A DNA stretch of 64,000 nt. Origin: an uncultured delta proteobacterium. Lineage in GTDB: Bacteria; Myxococcota; Kuafuiibacteriia; Kuafuiibacteriales; Kuafuiibacteriaceae. The notes beneath the pieces were generated by a model, which was not told where the DNA came from, searched no databases, and saw nothing but the letters and a program-made list of their open reading frames with translations. Positions 1 through 9,578 of the stretch are shown here, one piece after another (positions within the stretch are counted from its first letter, which is position 1; every line of letters starts with the position of its first letter). Location of the stretch: the NCBI GenBank assembly GCA_963803435.1, contig CAWDML010000003.1, positions 640,001-704,000 on the forward strand, written 5' to 3'. A program made the translations under genes and the position numbers.

Positions 1-767
1 TCGAGCTGCACGTTGACGTTACACTCGGCGATCTCGCCGGGGCAGCCGCGGAGGGTGAAGTTGCCGCGCTCATGGGTGCCTGCGACGTTGGGCGTGAACT
101 GCACCTCCATCGTCGCGGTCTCGCCGGCGCGGAGCGTGAACGTGTTGTCCGGCCGGATCTCCCGATCGCGGAGCAGGATGCAGAAGGTCGAGGGGTCGGC
201 GATGCCGGAGGTGCACAGGCGGACGTTGGCCGGCATGCGGCCGATCTCGACCTGGGCGTCGAGATCGCTGTTGTTCGACAGCGTCAGCGGCAACGTCTTG
301 GTCGTGTTGATCACGACGTTCCCGAACGTGAGGGAGTCGGGGCTCACCACCAGCGCGGAGCTGACGCCGGTCGCGGTGATCTCGACGGTTGCGTCGTCGA
401 CACCCTCGTCCGAGGAGCGGACCACGATCTGCGCCGCGTACTCCTGGAGCGCGATGGGCATGAAGGTCACGGTGATCGCCGCGACCCCGCTGGGTACCAC
501 CGTCATCCGGTCGACGGAGAACGAGAAGGCATCATCGAAGGGCGTCCCTTCGTTCACGCTGCTCAGCGTCAGGTTGCCGGTGCCGGTGTTGCGAACGAGG
601 ATGGTCTTCGTGACCGTCGTGCCGATCTGAACCTGTCCAAAGCTCAAGCTCGCGGGATCGAGCTCCATCTTGGGCTGAACTTTGTCGATCGTGACGGGGT
701 CCTGGCAGCCCGCCCAGCTGACCGACAAGGCCAGCAGGGGGAGGGCGCGAGACAGCTTGAAGTGCAT
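1..767 (-). CDS. Lipoprotein with repeated Ig-like (choice-of-anchor D / ASPM-SPD-2-Hydin-like) domains; runs off the window's left edge
   Basis: Not in the ORF track. Manual minus-strand translation from ATG 767 gives MHFKLSRALPLLALSVSWAGC (lipobox), then DPASLSFGQVQIG..TILVRNTGTGNLTL and a second unit VSPDSLTFGNVVIN..LTLSN; open to position 1. Confidence 0.8.
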   Translation of the reverse strand, partial: MHFKLSRALPLLALSVSWAGCQDPVTIDKVQPKMELDPASLSFGQVQIGTTVTKTILVRNTGTGNLTLSSVNEGTPFDDAFSFSVDRMTVVPSGVAAITVTFMPIALQEYAAQIVVRSSDEGVDDATVEITATGVSSALVVSPDSLTFGNVVINTTKTLPLTLSNNSDLDAQVEIGRMPANVRLCTSGIADPSTFCILLRDREIRPDNTFTLRAGETATMEVQFTPNVAGTHERGNFTLRGCPGEIAECNVNVQL

Positions 768-787
768 AGTGGCGTGGTCCCTTCGAT

Positions 788-840
788 CCCTCCGCGCGGG
801 GTTGGGCGCGTGGAGGGGTTGAGTTCTTTTTCAAGAACTC
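788..840 (-). promoter_or_regulatory. Two adjacent hairpins upstream of the lipoprotein gene
   Basis: On the minus strand GAGTTCTT-GAAA-AAGAACTC (821-840, perfect 8-bp stem), then a CCCTCC..GGAGGG stem (788-817). Confidence 0.45.
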
Positions 841-924
841 GGCTCGGGCCGTACCTTAGACGACGGGCTCGAAAAATCTAGCGTCATCTGGGTGGGTGCG
901 ACACACACTATGTCGTCCAAGACG

Positions 925-1869
925 TTACAGATCGGCCGACCTCGGCCCGGTCGGGTGGCGCGCGGCGATGCTGCGGAGCGTCACGACGTCTGCGTGCGCG
1001 CGGAGCCGGACGAACAGCTCCCGGAAGGCGCGACGCTTCGCCGCGACCCCGACGCGCAAGTCGGCTTGCGCAGCGGCCAGGTCGGCGGGAACGCCGGCGT
1101 CGGATCGGTCGAGCAGGTCGATCGGATGCATCTCGAAGTTGATGCAAGGCAGCTTGCGCAGCGCTCGATCCAGGAGCCGGTCTCTGAGGGTGCTCGGCAT
1201 GACGGTCCAGCTGGTGCCGAACAAGGGCAGCCGGGACGTGGGTTCGCAGGCCATCGGGATCTCGAGGAGGGCGCCCCGCGGGGATCGCTTCCAGGGACGG
1301 GCTGGAGTGGTGCGGTAGGGCTCGAGCGGTCCGGCGAAGGCGCGCGCGTCGCCGACCCGCGAGCGCGAGGGCCGGCCCGACAAGGCGTAGCGTCCGATCG
1401 CCAGGGCGCGAGCGGCCCAATAGGCAGGCGCCGGCAGGAGCGAGGAGTCGTAGCGGTAGCCGCGCGCGACCACCTGCTCGAGGAGCTCCGCCGAGACGTT
1501 GTAGCCGGGAGCACGGAAGCCCTCGAGCGGGCCGTCGGAAAGAGGCGCGAGCGCCTCCTCGGCCTGCGCCAGGTCGCGATCGATCTCCTGGCGGCTCCGC
1601 TCGATCATCCGGTAGTCGTGCGCGAACGAGTGGCTCGCGATCTCGCAGCCCAGCGTGCGGGCCGGCTTCAGGCGCTCGAGGTGCGCCCGGGTGTCGCAGC
1701 CGATCAGGAACAGCGTGGCGGGGACGCCGACGTCTTCGAGGAGCTCGAACAGGCGCGGCACCGCGGTCACGTAGATCGGATCGTCCTCGAGCGGTCCGGC
1801 GGGGAGGCCGTGGATCTCGCGGTAGAAGCGCAGGGAGTCGACGTCGACCGTGATCGCGGCGGCGGTCAT
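925..1869 (-). CDS. Polysaccharide deacetylase family protein (NodB-like)
   Basis: TVDVD, ATLFLIG, EIASHSFAH and GFRAPGY motifs, plus YDSS. Confidence 0.85.
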   Translation of the reverse strand: MTAAAITVDVDSLRFYREIHGLPAGPLEDDPIYVTAVPRLFELLEDVGVPATLFLIGCDTRAHLERLKPARTLGCEIASHSFAHDYRMIERSRQEIDRDLAQAEEALAPLSDGPLEGFRAPGYNVSAELLEQVVARGYRYDSSLLPAPAYWAARALAIGRYALSGRPSRSRVGDARAFAGPLEPYRTTPARPWKRSPRGALLEIPMACEPTSRLPLFGTSWTVMPSTLRDRLLDRALRKLPCINFEMHPIDLLDRSDAGVPADLAAAQADLRVGVAAKRRAFRELFVRLRAHADVVTLRSIAARHPTGPRSADL

Positions 1870-2594
1870 GGGGACGCTTGCCGCTTGACCCGGATCGCCC
1901 AGACGAGCTGCGCCAAGTTCTTCACGACGCGGGGTACCCGCTGCGTCAGCCGGATCGAGGGCTCGCGCTTCTCCAGCAGATTGAGCGGGATCTCGACGAT
2001 GCGGAGCTCAGCACGCTCGGCGCGGATGACGAGCTCGGAGGCGAACATGTCCTTGTCGACGACGCACCGCTCGACGATGGGGAGCAGCGCCGCCTTGCGG
2101 AACGCCTTGAGCCCGTGGGTGTCGGTGCCGCGGAAGCCGAGGGACACCCGCAGCATCCCGTTGATGATCCGCGTGGCGGCGCGCCGGCTGAGCGGCCGGC
2201 GGTCGCGCGCGCCCTTCATGACCTTGCTGCCGACGACGAGATCGAAGCCGCCGTCATCGCCGACGAGGAGCTCTCGGGCCCGGCGGTGGAAGTCGACGTC
2301 GCAGATGTCGATCTCGTCGCAGTGCACGTAGCGGCCGCGCGCCGCGAAGATGCCGGCCCGCAGCGCCGCCCCGTAGTTCGGCTCGGGGGAGCGGAGGAGG
2401 CGGATCTCGGGGAGATCGCGCCCAACGTCCTCGACGATGGCGGCGGTGTCGTCGTTCGAGCCGTTCTCGGCCACGATGATCTCGAACGGGCGACCGATCT
2501 TCTTGAGCCGCGCGTGCATCTCGCGCAGCGAGCCCTCGATGATCGGTCCTTCGTTGTGGACCGGGATCACGACCGAGATCTCGGGCTCAACCAT
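1866..2594 (-). CDS. GT2 glycosyltransferase, polyprenol-phosphate glycosyltransferase-like
   Basis: [35 protein letters not shown]; 4-bp overlap with the deacetylase. Confidence 0.85.
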   Translation of the reverse strand: MVEPEISVVIPVHNEGPIIEGSLREMHARLKKIGRPFEIIVAENGSNDDTAAIVEDVGRDLPEIRLLRSPEPNYGAALRAGIFAARGRYVHCDEIDICDVDFHRRARELLVGDDGGFDLVVGSKVMKGARDRRPLSRRAATRIINGMLRVSLGFRGTDTHGLKAFRKAALLPIVERCVVDKDMFASELVIRAERAELRIVEIPLNLLEKREPSIRLTQRVPRVVKNLAQLVWAIRVKRQASP

Positions 2595-3912
2595 GACTGG
2601 CCAGCTCCGCGGCCTCTCTCCCCTCGAGGATCGCGTCCTCCATGGCGTTGTATTGCCACCGGCCGTAGCGCCCGACGCTGACGATGCCGGCCGAAGCGAG
2701 CCAGTCGAGCACGGTCCTGCGGGCCGACTCGTAGTGGTCGTCGAACAGCACGTAAGCGGGAGACAAGACGTTGGGGATCATGAACAGGAGCTCGCTCTCG
2801 TCGTCGATGATGCCCAGCTTGCGGAGGCCGTCGACCACGGGCTGCTCGAAGCGGCTCGGGTCGACCTCGCCGTAGTGACCGAGCTCGACGTAGTAGCTGC
2901 GGCAACCCTCGGGCGCGAGCGATCGCTCGACGGCGGAGTACGAGCCGACCCGATAGAACGGGAAGTCCGGCTCGGGCAGGTAGATCCAGTGGTAGTCCTG
3001 ATGCGCCTTGGGCTCGCCGCGGATCGCGACGTCGAAGTACAGCACGGAGTTCGCGCGTAGCCGGCCGGCCGCCTCGACGACCTCGACGGGGACAGAGGCG
3101 GCGTCGCCGGCCAGGAGGAGGCGGATCAGATCGGGGAGAGGGATGGTGGTGACGAGCCGCTCGTACGCGATCTCCTCGCCGTCCTCCATGATCGCCGTCC
3201 GTTGCGGATGATCGATCCGGCGGGGCGTTCGGCCGCGCTCCGCCTTCCGGGCCAGGTCCGCGTGGAAGGCCTCCGAGAGGGCGCCGATGCCGCCCTTCTT
3301 GGGGTAGACGAACTCGGCGTTGTAGCCGAGCGCCTCCTTGGACAGGCCGAGCGCGCCGTCGATCACCGCGTCGATCGTCGGGCGCGGGATGTACTTCTTG
3401 GCGAAGTCGACGGCGAGGCTCTCGAGCGGCACCCCGTAGATCTTCTCGTTGTACGGGAACATGAAGTGCTTCGAGATACCCTCGCCGAACTCCTTTCGGA
3501 TCCACTCCTTGTAGTTTTTCGGCTCGGGGAGCGACTCCTCGTAGCGCGCGCGGATGAGGCCCTGCAGGCACTCGGCGACCACCTCCTTGGGGAGCCCGTG
3601 CGTGTTCGCCTGGAAGGGATAGAGCGTGAAGACGCCCTTCGAGTAGATGCGGGCCCGGCGGGCCCGGGGCGCGAGGTTGTCGCCGAGGAGCCGGTCCACC
3701 AGCGACTTCGTGTAGTCCTGGCGCAGGTGGAGCCAATGGCCCGTCCCGTCGCACAGAAAGCCTTGGGGTCGCGCGCGCGTCCGCGCCAGGCCGCCGACCG
3801 CCGACTCCTTCTCGATCAGCCGGTACCGCGACGGATCCTGGAGATGGTAGGCGCAGGAGAGACCGGAGAGACCCGCGCCGAGGATCAGCGTCGATACTCG
3901 CTCTTCCGGCAT
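2587..3912 (-). CDS. FAD-dependent oxidoreductase (protoporphyrinogen oxidase / UDP-galactopyranose mutase-like)
   Basis: ILGAGLSGL Rossmann motif, GGLART..GFLCDGTGH, PYNEKIYG, FVYPKKGGIG, GRYGRWQYNAMEDAI. Confidence 0.8.
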   Translation of the reverse strand: MPEERVSTLILGAGLSGLSCAYHLQDPSRYRLIEKESAVGGLARTRARPQGFLCDGTGHWLHLRQDYTKSLVDRLLGDNLAPRARRARIYSKGVFTLYPFQANTHGLPKEVVAECLQGLIRARYEESLPEPKNYKEWIRKEFGEGISKHFMFPYNEKIYGVPLESLAVDFAKKYIPRPTIDAVIDGALGLSKEALGYNAEFVYPKKGGIGALSEAFHADLARKAERGRTPRRIDHPQRTAIMEDGEEIAYERLVTTIPLPDLIRLLLAGDAASVPVEVVEAAGRLRANSVLYFDVAIRGEPKAHQDYHWIYLPEPDFPFYRVGSYSAVERSLAPEGCRSYYVELGHYGEVDPSRFEQPVVDGLRKLGIIDDESELLFMIPNVLSPAYVLFDDHYESARRTVLDWLASAGIVSVGRYGRWQYNAMEDAILEGREAAELASHG

Positions 3913-3952
3913 CGGGCCGGCAGGCTGTCAGATCGCATCGATCAAGTCGACC

Positions 3953-5684
3953 TCAGAGGTCCCAAGAGGCGTCGGTCGCCTGCAACGCTCGCCGGATGTC
4001 GGCGGCGTCGGGCGCTGCGGGCGCGACGTCGACGTAGTGCTGCAGGTGGACGCGCGCGGCCGGATCGCCCTCGAACGCCAGCAGCGTTCCGAGCGTCCGG
4101 TGGCACTCGGCGAGGTCGGCCATCTCGATGCAGAGCCCGAGCAGGTGCTCGGCGCCCTCGACGTTCTTGGCGTGGAGGTGCTCGAGCGCGGCCGCCAGCA
4201 TCTCGGCGGCCTCCGCCCGATCTTTCGCGGAGGGAATTCCCTTTTCCGTGGGGTACTGGAACTTGGGTTCGACGACCGGATCGGTCGCGCCGGCGACCAG
4301 GACGATCGTCGGCGGGGATCGATCGCTGAGCCGGATCAAGTACCCACCGGCCACGCCCGTCATCAGCGCCGCGACCGCCACCAGGATCCAGGAGACGGTG
4401 CGCAGGCGCGGCGGCGCCGGCGCGCGCTGGGCGCGGGCGCGATCGAGATCCTGGTGGAGGCGGCCCACCTGGCGGAGGAGGCGGGCGACCTCGGGGCTGG
4501 TCGCCTCCGGGGGTTGGGTGGGCTCGAGGATCGACGCGAGATCGCGGGGCTTCATCACCTCGTGGGCGAGGTCGAGGTCCAGCTGCGTCAGCTCCTCCCC
4601 CGAGACCACCTCCGGGTGCACCAGGGCGGGGAAGGACGGGAGGGTGGCGTCGGTCCGCACCGGCGGATCGGCCTGCGTGGCGTCGGCGTCGGCGGCGTGC
4701 GGCGCGAGGAGCGGCGGAATCCTGCGCGCCGAGGTCGAGGTCGTGCGCCAACGCCTCCCACGAGGTGCTCACCGGCATCTTCTCGACGTGCTCGCTGAGC
4801 GTGTCCGAGTCGAGGACGTCGCCGGTCAGCGTGTGGAGGGCGACCTGGACCTGGCGCGCGCTCGGGAACCGGTCCGCAGGATCGTGCGCGAGCATGCGCT
4901 TGAGGATCGGCTCGAGGTCCGGCCAGCGTCCGTCCTCGGGGAAGCGCGCCCAATCGATCTCGAGGGCGGTCTGCAGGACCTGGAGGATGGGGGCGCCGCG
5001 CGGGAGCTTCTTCGCCGGACCGGTCGCGCCCAGCTCGTAGAGGAGGCGGCCGAGGGAGAACTGATCCGAGAGACCTGTCGGCGTGCGGCCTTCAATCACC
5101 TCGGGCGCCATGAAGCCGGGGCTGCCGAGCAGGTCGCCCTGTCGGGTGATGCCGGTGGCCTCGGAGAGGCCGCTGATGCCGAAGTCGGTGATGATGGGTT
5201 GACCGCTCCGATCGATCAGGATGTTGGCGGGCTTGATGTCGCGATGGACGACGCCGGCCTCGTGCAGGTGGCCCAGCGCGTCGGCCAGCTGGGCGCCGAG
5301 CACGCAGAGCGGCTGGAACGAGAGCGCGCCCTGGCGACGGATCGTCAGGAGGCTGACGCCTTCGATGCGCTCCATCGCGAGGTAGAGGACGCCCTCGGTC
5401 TCGCCCGAGGCGATCAGCTTGACCACGCCGGGGTGATGGAGCTGCTCGAGGATCTTGGCCTCGCGCAGGAAGCGGGCGACCAGGAGCTCGGCGCGATCCG
5501 GATCTCCGTAGGGGCGGATCACCTTCAAAGCGACCCGTGTGCCCTGGGGCGCCACGGCGTCGAAGACCACGCCCATTCCGCCCCGCCCGAGGACGCCGGA
5601 GATCGCGAAGGGGCCGATGCGCTCCGGCAGCTGGGCAGCCAGCGCCGGAGACGCGCCCGACACGGGGCTGGGCGTCGTCGGCAC
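3953..5684 (-). CDS. Ser/Thr protein kinase with a TM helix and a C-terminal TPR-like region; one frameshift near 4721
   Basis: GRGGMG, VALK, HRDIKPAN, DFG, APE are all intact. The C-terminal part (TM WILVAVAALMTGVAGGYLI, then helical repeats) is in ORF 3953..4660. Confidence 0.85.
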
Positions 5685-5745
5685 TCTTGAGATTCTCCGC
5701 GGGATTGAGCTGTTTCCGCAAGGTGAGCGGTGATAACGAGAGGGA

Positions 5746-6141
5746 ATGAAGCTGAAGCTCGATCACGTCGCGGTGGCGGTGCGCGACGTCGAGGCGGCCC
5801 GACGGAACTTCGAGAAGCTCGGGCTGGAGCTGGACCGGATCGAGGAGGTGCCCGATCAGAAGGCGCGGGTGGCCTTCTTCGACGTGGGCTCGGCGCACCT
5901 CGAGCTGGTGGCGCCGATGGAGGAGGGCGCGGTTTCGCGCTCGATCGACCGGCGGGGTGAAGGGCTGCACCACATCTGCCTCGAGGTCGATGACCTGGAG
6001 CAGGCGCTCGCGCTGGTGAAGGCTGCCGGGATCGGGCTGGTGGACGAGAACCCGCGTCCGGGCGCCGGCGGGACGAAGATCGCGTTCGTGCACCCGAAGG
6101 GTTTGAACGGTGTCTTGGTGGAGCTGGTCGAGAAACCGTGA
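5746..6141 (+). CDS. mce: Methylmalonyl-CoA epimerase
   Basis: LDHVAVAV, LELVAP, GEGLHHICLEV, IAFVHPKGLNGVLVELVE. Confidence 0.9.
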   Translation: MKLKLDHVAVAVRDVEAARRNFEKLGLELDRIEEVPDQKARVAFFDVGSAHLELVAPMEEGAVSRSIDRRGEGLHHICLEVDDLEQALALVKAAGIGLVDENPRPGAGGTKIAFVHPKGLNGVLVELVEKP

Positions 6142-6223
6142 CCGCGACCACCCGGCCACGGAATGGCTCGCAAACAAAACCAGCGTTGAGCGCGATGTGA
6201 GCACGTGCTAACTGCGCGCCACG

Positions 6224-8230
6224 ATGCGGAAAGCCTGGCTCGTGGCGGCGACGTTGGTTCTCGTGGGTGCTCCGAAGATCGCGCGATCCCAGACGACCAC
6301 CAGCACCGAGACCGCCCGGCAGCAGCTCAAGGACGAGCTCCGTGAGGAGCTGAAGGAAGAGCTGAAGGAAGAGCTCAAGGCCGAGATCAAATCGGAGCTG
6401 AGCTCGGAGGGTGCGGCGGCCGGGCCCGTCCAGGAGGACGCCTGGGCGGAGGAGGAGTGGAAGTGGGAGGAGCCGGTGAAGCCGGAGCTCAACTTCCTGG
6501 AGTTCGACGGCTACTTCCGCTTTCGCTACGACCTGTTCAACAAGCTCGACCTGAACACGTACTACAAGAACCCGGAGGATGGGCTCGAGTTCGGGCCGTT
6601 TGCGCCCGGCCTGTCACCGCCCACCCCGGCCTGCAACACGGACCAGGCGGATCGCGGCATGGGCAGCCCCGGGCAGTCCGGCTTTCGTCCGCCGGCCACC
6701 AGCTGCGCGAACAACGCCGGTCATAGCTCGACGCTCGGCGGCGCGAACATGCGGCTCCGGGTGGAGCCGGTGTTCAACGTGTACGAGGACATCAAGATCA
6801 AGATGCAGATCGACATCCTCGACAACCTGGTCCTCGGCTCGACGCCGGACCGATATCCGAGCAGCGTCCTCTCGCCGCTCTCGGTCTTCTCGCAGAGCCA
6901 GCTCCCGCAGTCGGACGGTGTCAACGCTCTGGAGGACTCGATCCGCGTGAAGCGAGCGTGGGCTGAGGTGATGACTCCGCTGGGTCAGCTGCGCGTGGGT
7001 CGGATGCCGAGCCAGTTCGGAATGGGGCTCCTGGCGAACCAGGGCGGCGGTCTCGACTCCGACTTCGGCGACTCGGCGGACCGCATCATGTTCGCGACCA
7101 AGATCGGCGACTTCTACATCGTGCCGGCGTTCGACTGGGCGGTCTCGGGTCCGACCAGCGCACAGCGCGAGCTGCCGCAGGGGCAACCGTACGACCGCGA
7201 CAACCGCGACGACGTCGACCAGTACATCCTCGCCATCGTCAAGCGCGACACCGAGGAGCAGATGAAGCAGAAGCTCGAGAACGACGAGCTGGTGCTGAAC
7301 TTCGGGACCTACCAGGTGGGCCGGTTCCAGGCGCTCGACGCCGCGACCTTCTACAACGGCACGGATCCCGACTCGCAGGCCCAGACGAATCAGTTCATCG
7401 AGCGGGACGCCCAGGCCTGGATCTATTCGTTCTGGGGGCAGCTCATCTATCGCAAGTTCTCGGTGGAGGCCGAGTACGCGGGCATCATCGGTAAGGTCGG
7501 CAACTCGGCGATCCAGGGCCCTTACGGGACGACCGCGAAGCCGCTCCACATCAATCAGCACGCGGGCGCGATCAACATGCAGTACAAGCTGCTGAAGGAC
7601 GCGCTGACGATCCGGCTGATGATGGTGGCCGCCAGCGGCGACGAGGCCAGCGGCTGGGGCGTGTTCCCGCTGCTCGGTCAGGCGAACACACCCGGACAGT
7701 GGGACGGCAACCAGGCGCCTGCGGGGGACGACCACATCAACAACTTCCGGATCGATCCCGACTTCGTGGTCGACATGATCCTCTGGCGGCAGCTGGTCGG
7801 CCTGGTGACGGACGCGCTGGTCGTGAAGCCGGGCGTTCAATACAACCTCACCGAGGGCTTCGGCGGCAGCCTCGATCTGGTGTACTCGCGGGCGTGGTTC
7901 TCTCAGTCGACGCCCTCCGGATCGTTCACGGATCTCAACCGGGACGGGACGCGCGAGCTCGGCAATCCCAGCACGAACCTCGGCCTCGAGCTCGACTTCA
8001 AGGTGTTCTTCGACTCGGAGGACGGCTTTCACGCCTGGCTGCAGTACGGCCTGCTGATCCCCTTTGCAGGGTTGGATCGCCGCGTGATCGTCGAGTCCGA
8101 CTCGCCGATCCGCGAAGACAGCGTGAACGTCGTCGACGAGAACAACAACGTCGTCGGGCAGGAGGACATCGCCCGGCTCAACGCGTCGGTCGCGCACACG
8201 ATCCAGATCTTCCTCGGCGTCAGCTTCTGA
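6224..8230 (+). CDS. TIGR04551-like myxobacterial outer-membrane beta-barrel protein
   Basis: Signal peptide, short coiled coil, LEFDGYFRFRYDLF, ANMRLRVEP, QIDILDNLVLGSTP, VKRAWAEV.TPLG.LRVGRMPSQFGMG; C-terminal Phe. Confidence 0.75.
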   Translation: MRKAWLVAATLVLVGAPKIARSQTTTSTETARQQLKDELREELKEELKEELKAEIKSELSSEGAAAGPVQEDAWAEEEWKWEEPVKPELNFLEFDGYFRFRYDLFNKLDLNTYYKNPEDGLEFGPFAPGLSPPTPACNTDQADRGMGSPGQSGFRPPATSCANNAGHSSTLGGANMRLRVEPVFNVYEDIKIKMQIDILDNLVLGSTPDRYPSSVLSPLSVFSQSQLPQSDGVNALEDSIRVKRAWAEVMTPLGQLRVGRMPSQFGMGLLANQGGGLDSDFGDSADRIMFATKIGDFYIVPAFDWAVSGPTSAQRELPQGQPYDRDNRDDVDQYILAIVKRDTEEQMKQKLENDELVLNFGTYQVGRFQALDAATFYNGTDPDSQAQTNQFIERDAQAWIYSFWGQLIYRKFSVEAEYAGIIGKVGNSAIQGPYGTTAKPLHINQHAGAINMQYKLLKDALTIRLMMVAASGDEASGWGVFPLLGQANTPGQWDGNQAPAGDDHINNFRIDPDFVVDMILWRQLVGLVTDALVVKPGVQYNLTEGFGGSLDLVYSRAWFSQSTPSGSFTDLNRDGTRELGNPSTNLGLELDFKVFFDSEDGFHAWLQYGLLIPFAGLDRRVIVESDSPIREDSVNVVDENNNVVGQEDIARLNASVAHTIQIFLGVSF

Positions 8231-9512
8231 TGCTCCTCCGCTGCTTCTCGGGAAGCGGCGGCTCGGGCCCCACGTAGCGGGCCCGTGGGCGGAGCGAGTA
8301 CCCCGCGCTTCGCTGCTCCAGGGCGTGGGCGATCCAGCCGGCCATCCGTCCGGCCGCGAACAGCGCCACCGATCCGCCCGGCGGAAGCTTCAGCGCGCCG
8401 GCCAGCGCCACCAGCCCGAGATCGAGCGTCGGTTGGGGCCCGCCCGCCAGCACCATCGCCTCCTGGAACGCGCGGACGACCCGCACGCGCTCGTTCGTCG
8501 GCGCCAGCTCGTTCGAGATCCGCAGCAGGGGCGCAGCCCTCGGATCGCCCGCCGGATAGAGCGGATGACCGAAGCCGGGCACCGGATCGCCGCGCCGCAT
8601 CCGATCGCGCACGACCGCCGCCGCCCGCTCCGGCGACCCCGCCTCGTCGACCATCGCCTCCACCCGCTCGCAGGCGCCTCCGTGGATGGGTCCTGACAGC
8701 GTGGCGATGGCCGCCGCCATCGAGGCGGGGAGGGCGGCGCCCACCGAGGCCGGTATCCGCGCGGCGAAGCTGGAGGGGTTGAGCTCGTGGTCCGCCACCA
8801 ACACCAGCGCCATCTCGACGGCATTGACCGCGGCCCGCCCGGTGCGGCCTCCCAGCGCCACCAGGAAGCTCTTCGCCACCGACTCGGCCCGCAGCGCCTC
8901 GCGTGCGGCCTCCACGCCGCGCACCAGGCCGAAGCACGCGACCCCCCTCCGCGTGAGCACGCCGCCCCGCTCGAACGCGGTGTTCGGCGTGGGCTCGAAC
9001 GGCTCGGCGTCTGCCAGGCTGATCGCGCCGAACGCGATCATGAGCGCCTCCAGCGGCCGAGCGTGCTTCGGGATCAGCGGCGTCAGCAGGGATGGGTTGA
9101 CGCCGAAGCCGGTGGCGCGCCACTTGGGGCGGCGGCTGGGCAGCTCTCCGGTCCAGAGCAGCTCCGCCACCGACTCGAACGGCGTGATCTGATTGGCGAG
9201 GTAGAGGGCCGAGTGACCGCGATAGACCGGGCCCAGCGTGCCGATGCCGGTGACGGCGGAGTCGAGCACAGGCTCCCCCCATCGCAGCGCGCCGGCGGCC
9301 ACCGGCCCGTGACCCGCGCGGGCGTCCCGGCGCGCTTTCAGGCGCTCGATGTCGGCGCGGGAGTAGCGGCGTTCGCGGGAACCGGCGACCGGAGTGCTCC
9401 GGATGAGGCGGCGGCTGGCGTATGCGTAGAGGGTGCGGCGTTGGACGCCGAGGAGCGCGATGGCCTCGGCGGCGGTGATCCATTGAGGGTCGAATGAACG
9501 GGGTGGATCCAC
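8220..9512 (-). CDS. Citrate synthase-family protein with an N-terminal excisionase/MerR-like HTH
   Basis: WITAAEAIALLGVQRRTLYAYASR HTH, then DHELNPSSFAAR, GPIHGGA, GFGHPLY, TLDLGL, GRMAGWIAH. Confidence 0.85.
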   Translation of the reverse strand: MDPPRSFDPQWITAAEAIALLGVQRRTLYAYASRRLIRSTPVAGSRERRYSRADIERLKARRDARAGHGPVAAGALRWGEPVLDSAVTGIGTLGPVYRGHSALYLANQITPFESVAELLWTGELPSRRPKWRATGFGVNPSLLTPLIPKHARPLEALMIAFGAISLADAEPFEPTPNTAFERGGVLTRRGVACFGLVRGVEAAREALRAESVAKSFLVALGGRTGRAAVNAVEMALVLVADHELNPSSFAARIPASVGAALPASMAAAIATLSGPIHGGACERVEAMVDEAGSPERAAAVVRDRMRRGDPVPGFGHPLYPAGDPRAAPLLRISNELAPTNERVRVVRAFQEAMVLAGGPQPTLDLGLVALAGALKLPPGGSVALFAAGRMAGWIAHALEQRSAGYSLRPRARYVGPEPPLPEKQRRSIRS

Positions 9513-9514
9513 GA

Positions 9515-9578
9515 ATCAACGTTGATAGAGTACGTCAACGTAGTCAACGTTGTTGATATGAACAACGTAGCTGATGTT
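9515..9578. promoter_or_regulatory. Putative operator: 12-bp palindrome plus 9-bp-phased repeats
   Basis: ATCAACGTTGAT at 9515-9526, then GTCAACGTA / GTCAACGTT / GTTGATATG / AACAACGTA / GCTGATGTT at 9534-9578; AT-rich island between divergent genes. Confidence 0.65.

Noticed and set aside
13-881. Plus-strand ORFs 13..630 and 72..881
   Set aside because: Antisense shadows of the minus-strand lipoprotein gene.
6335-6400. 12-bp tandem repeats GAGCTGAAGGAA
   Set aside because: They encode the ELKE coiled coil of the outer-membrane protein; not a CRISPR or DNA-level element.
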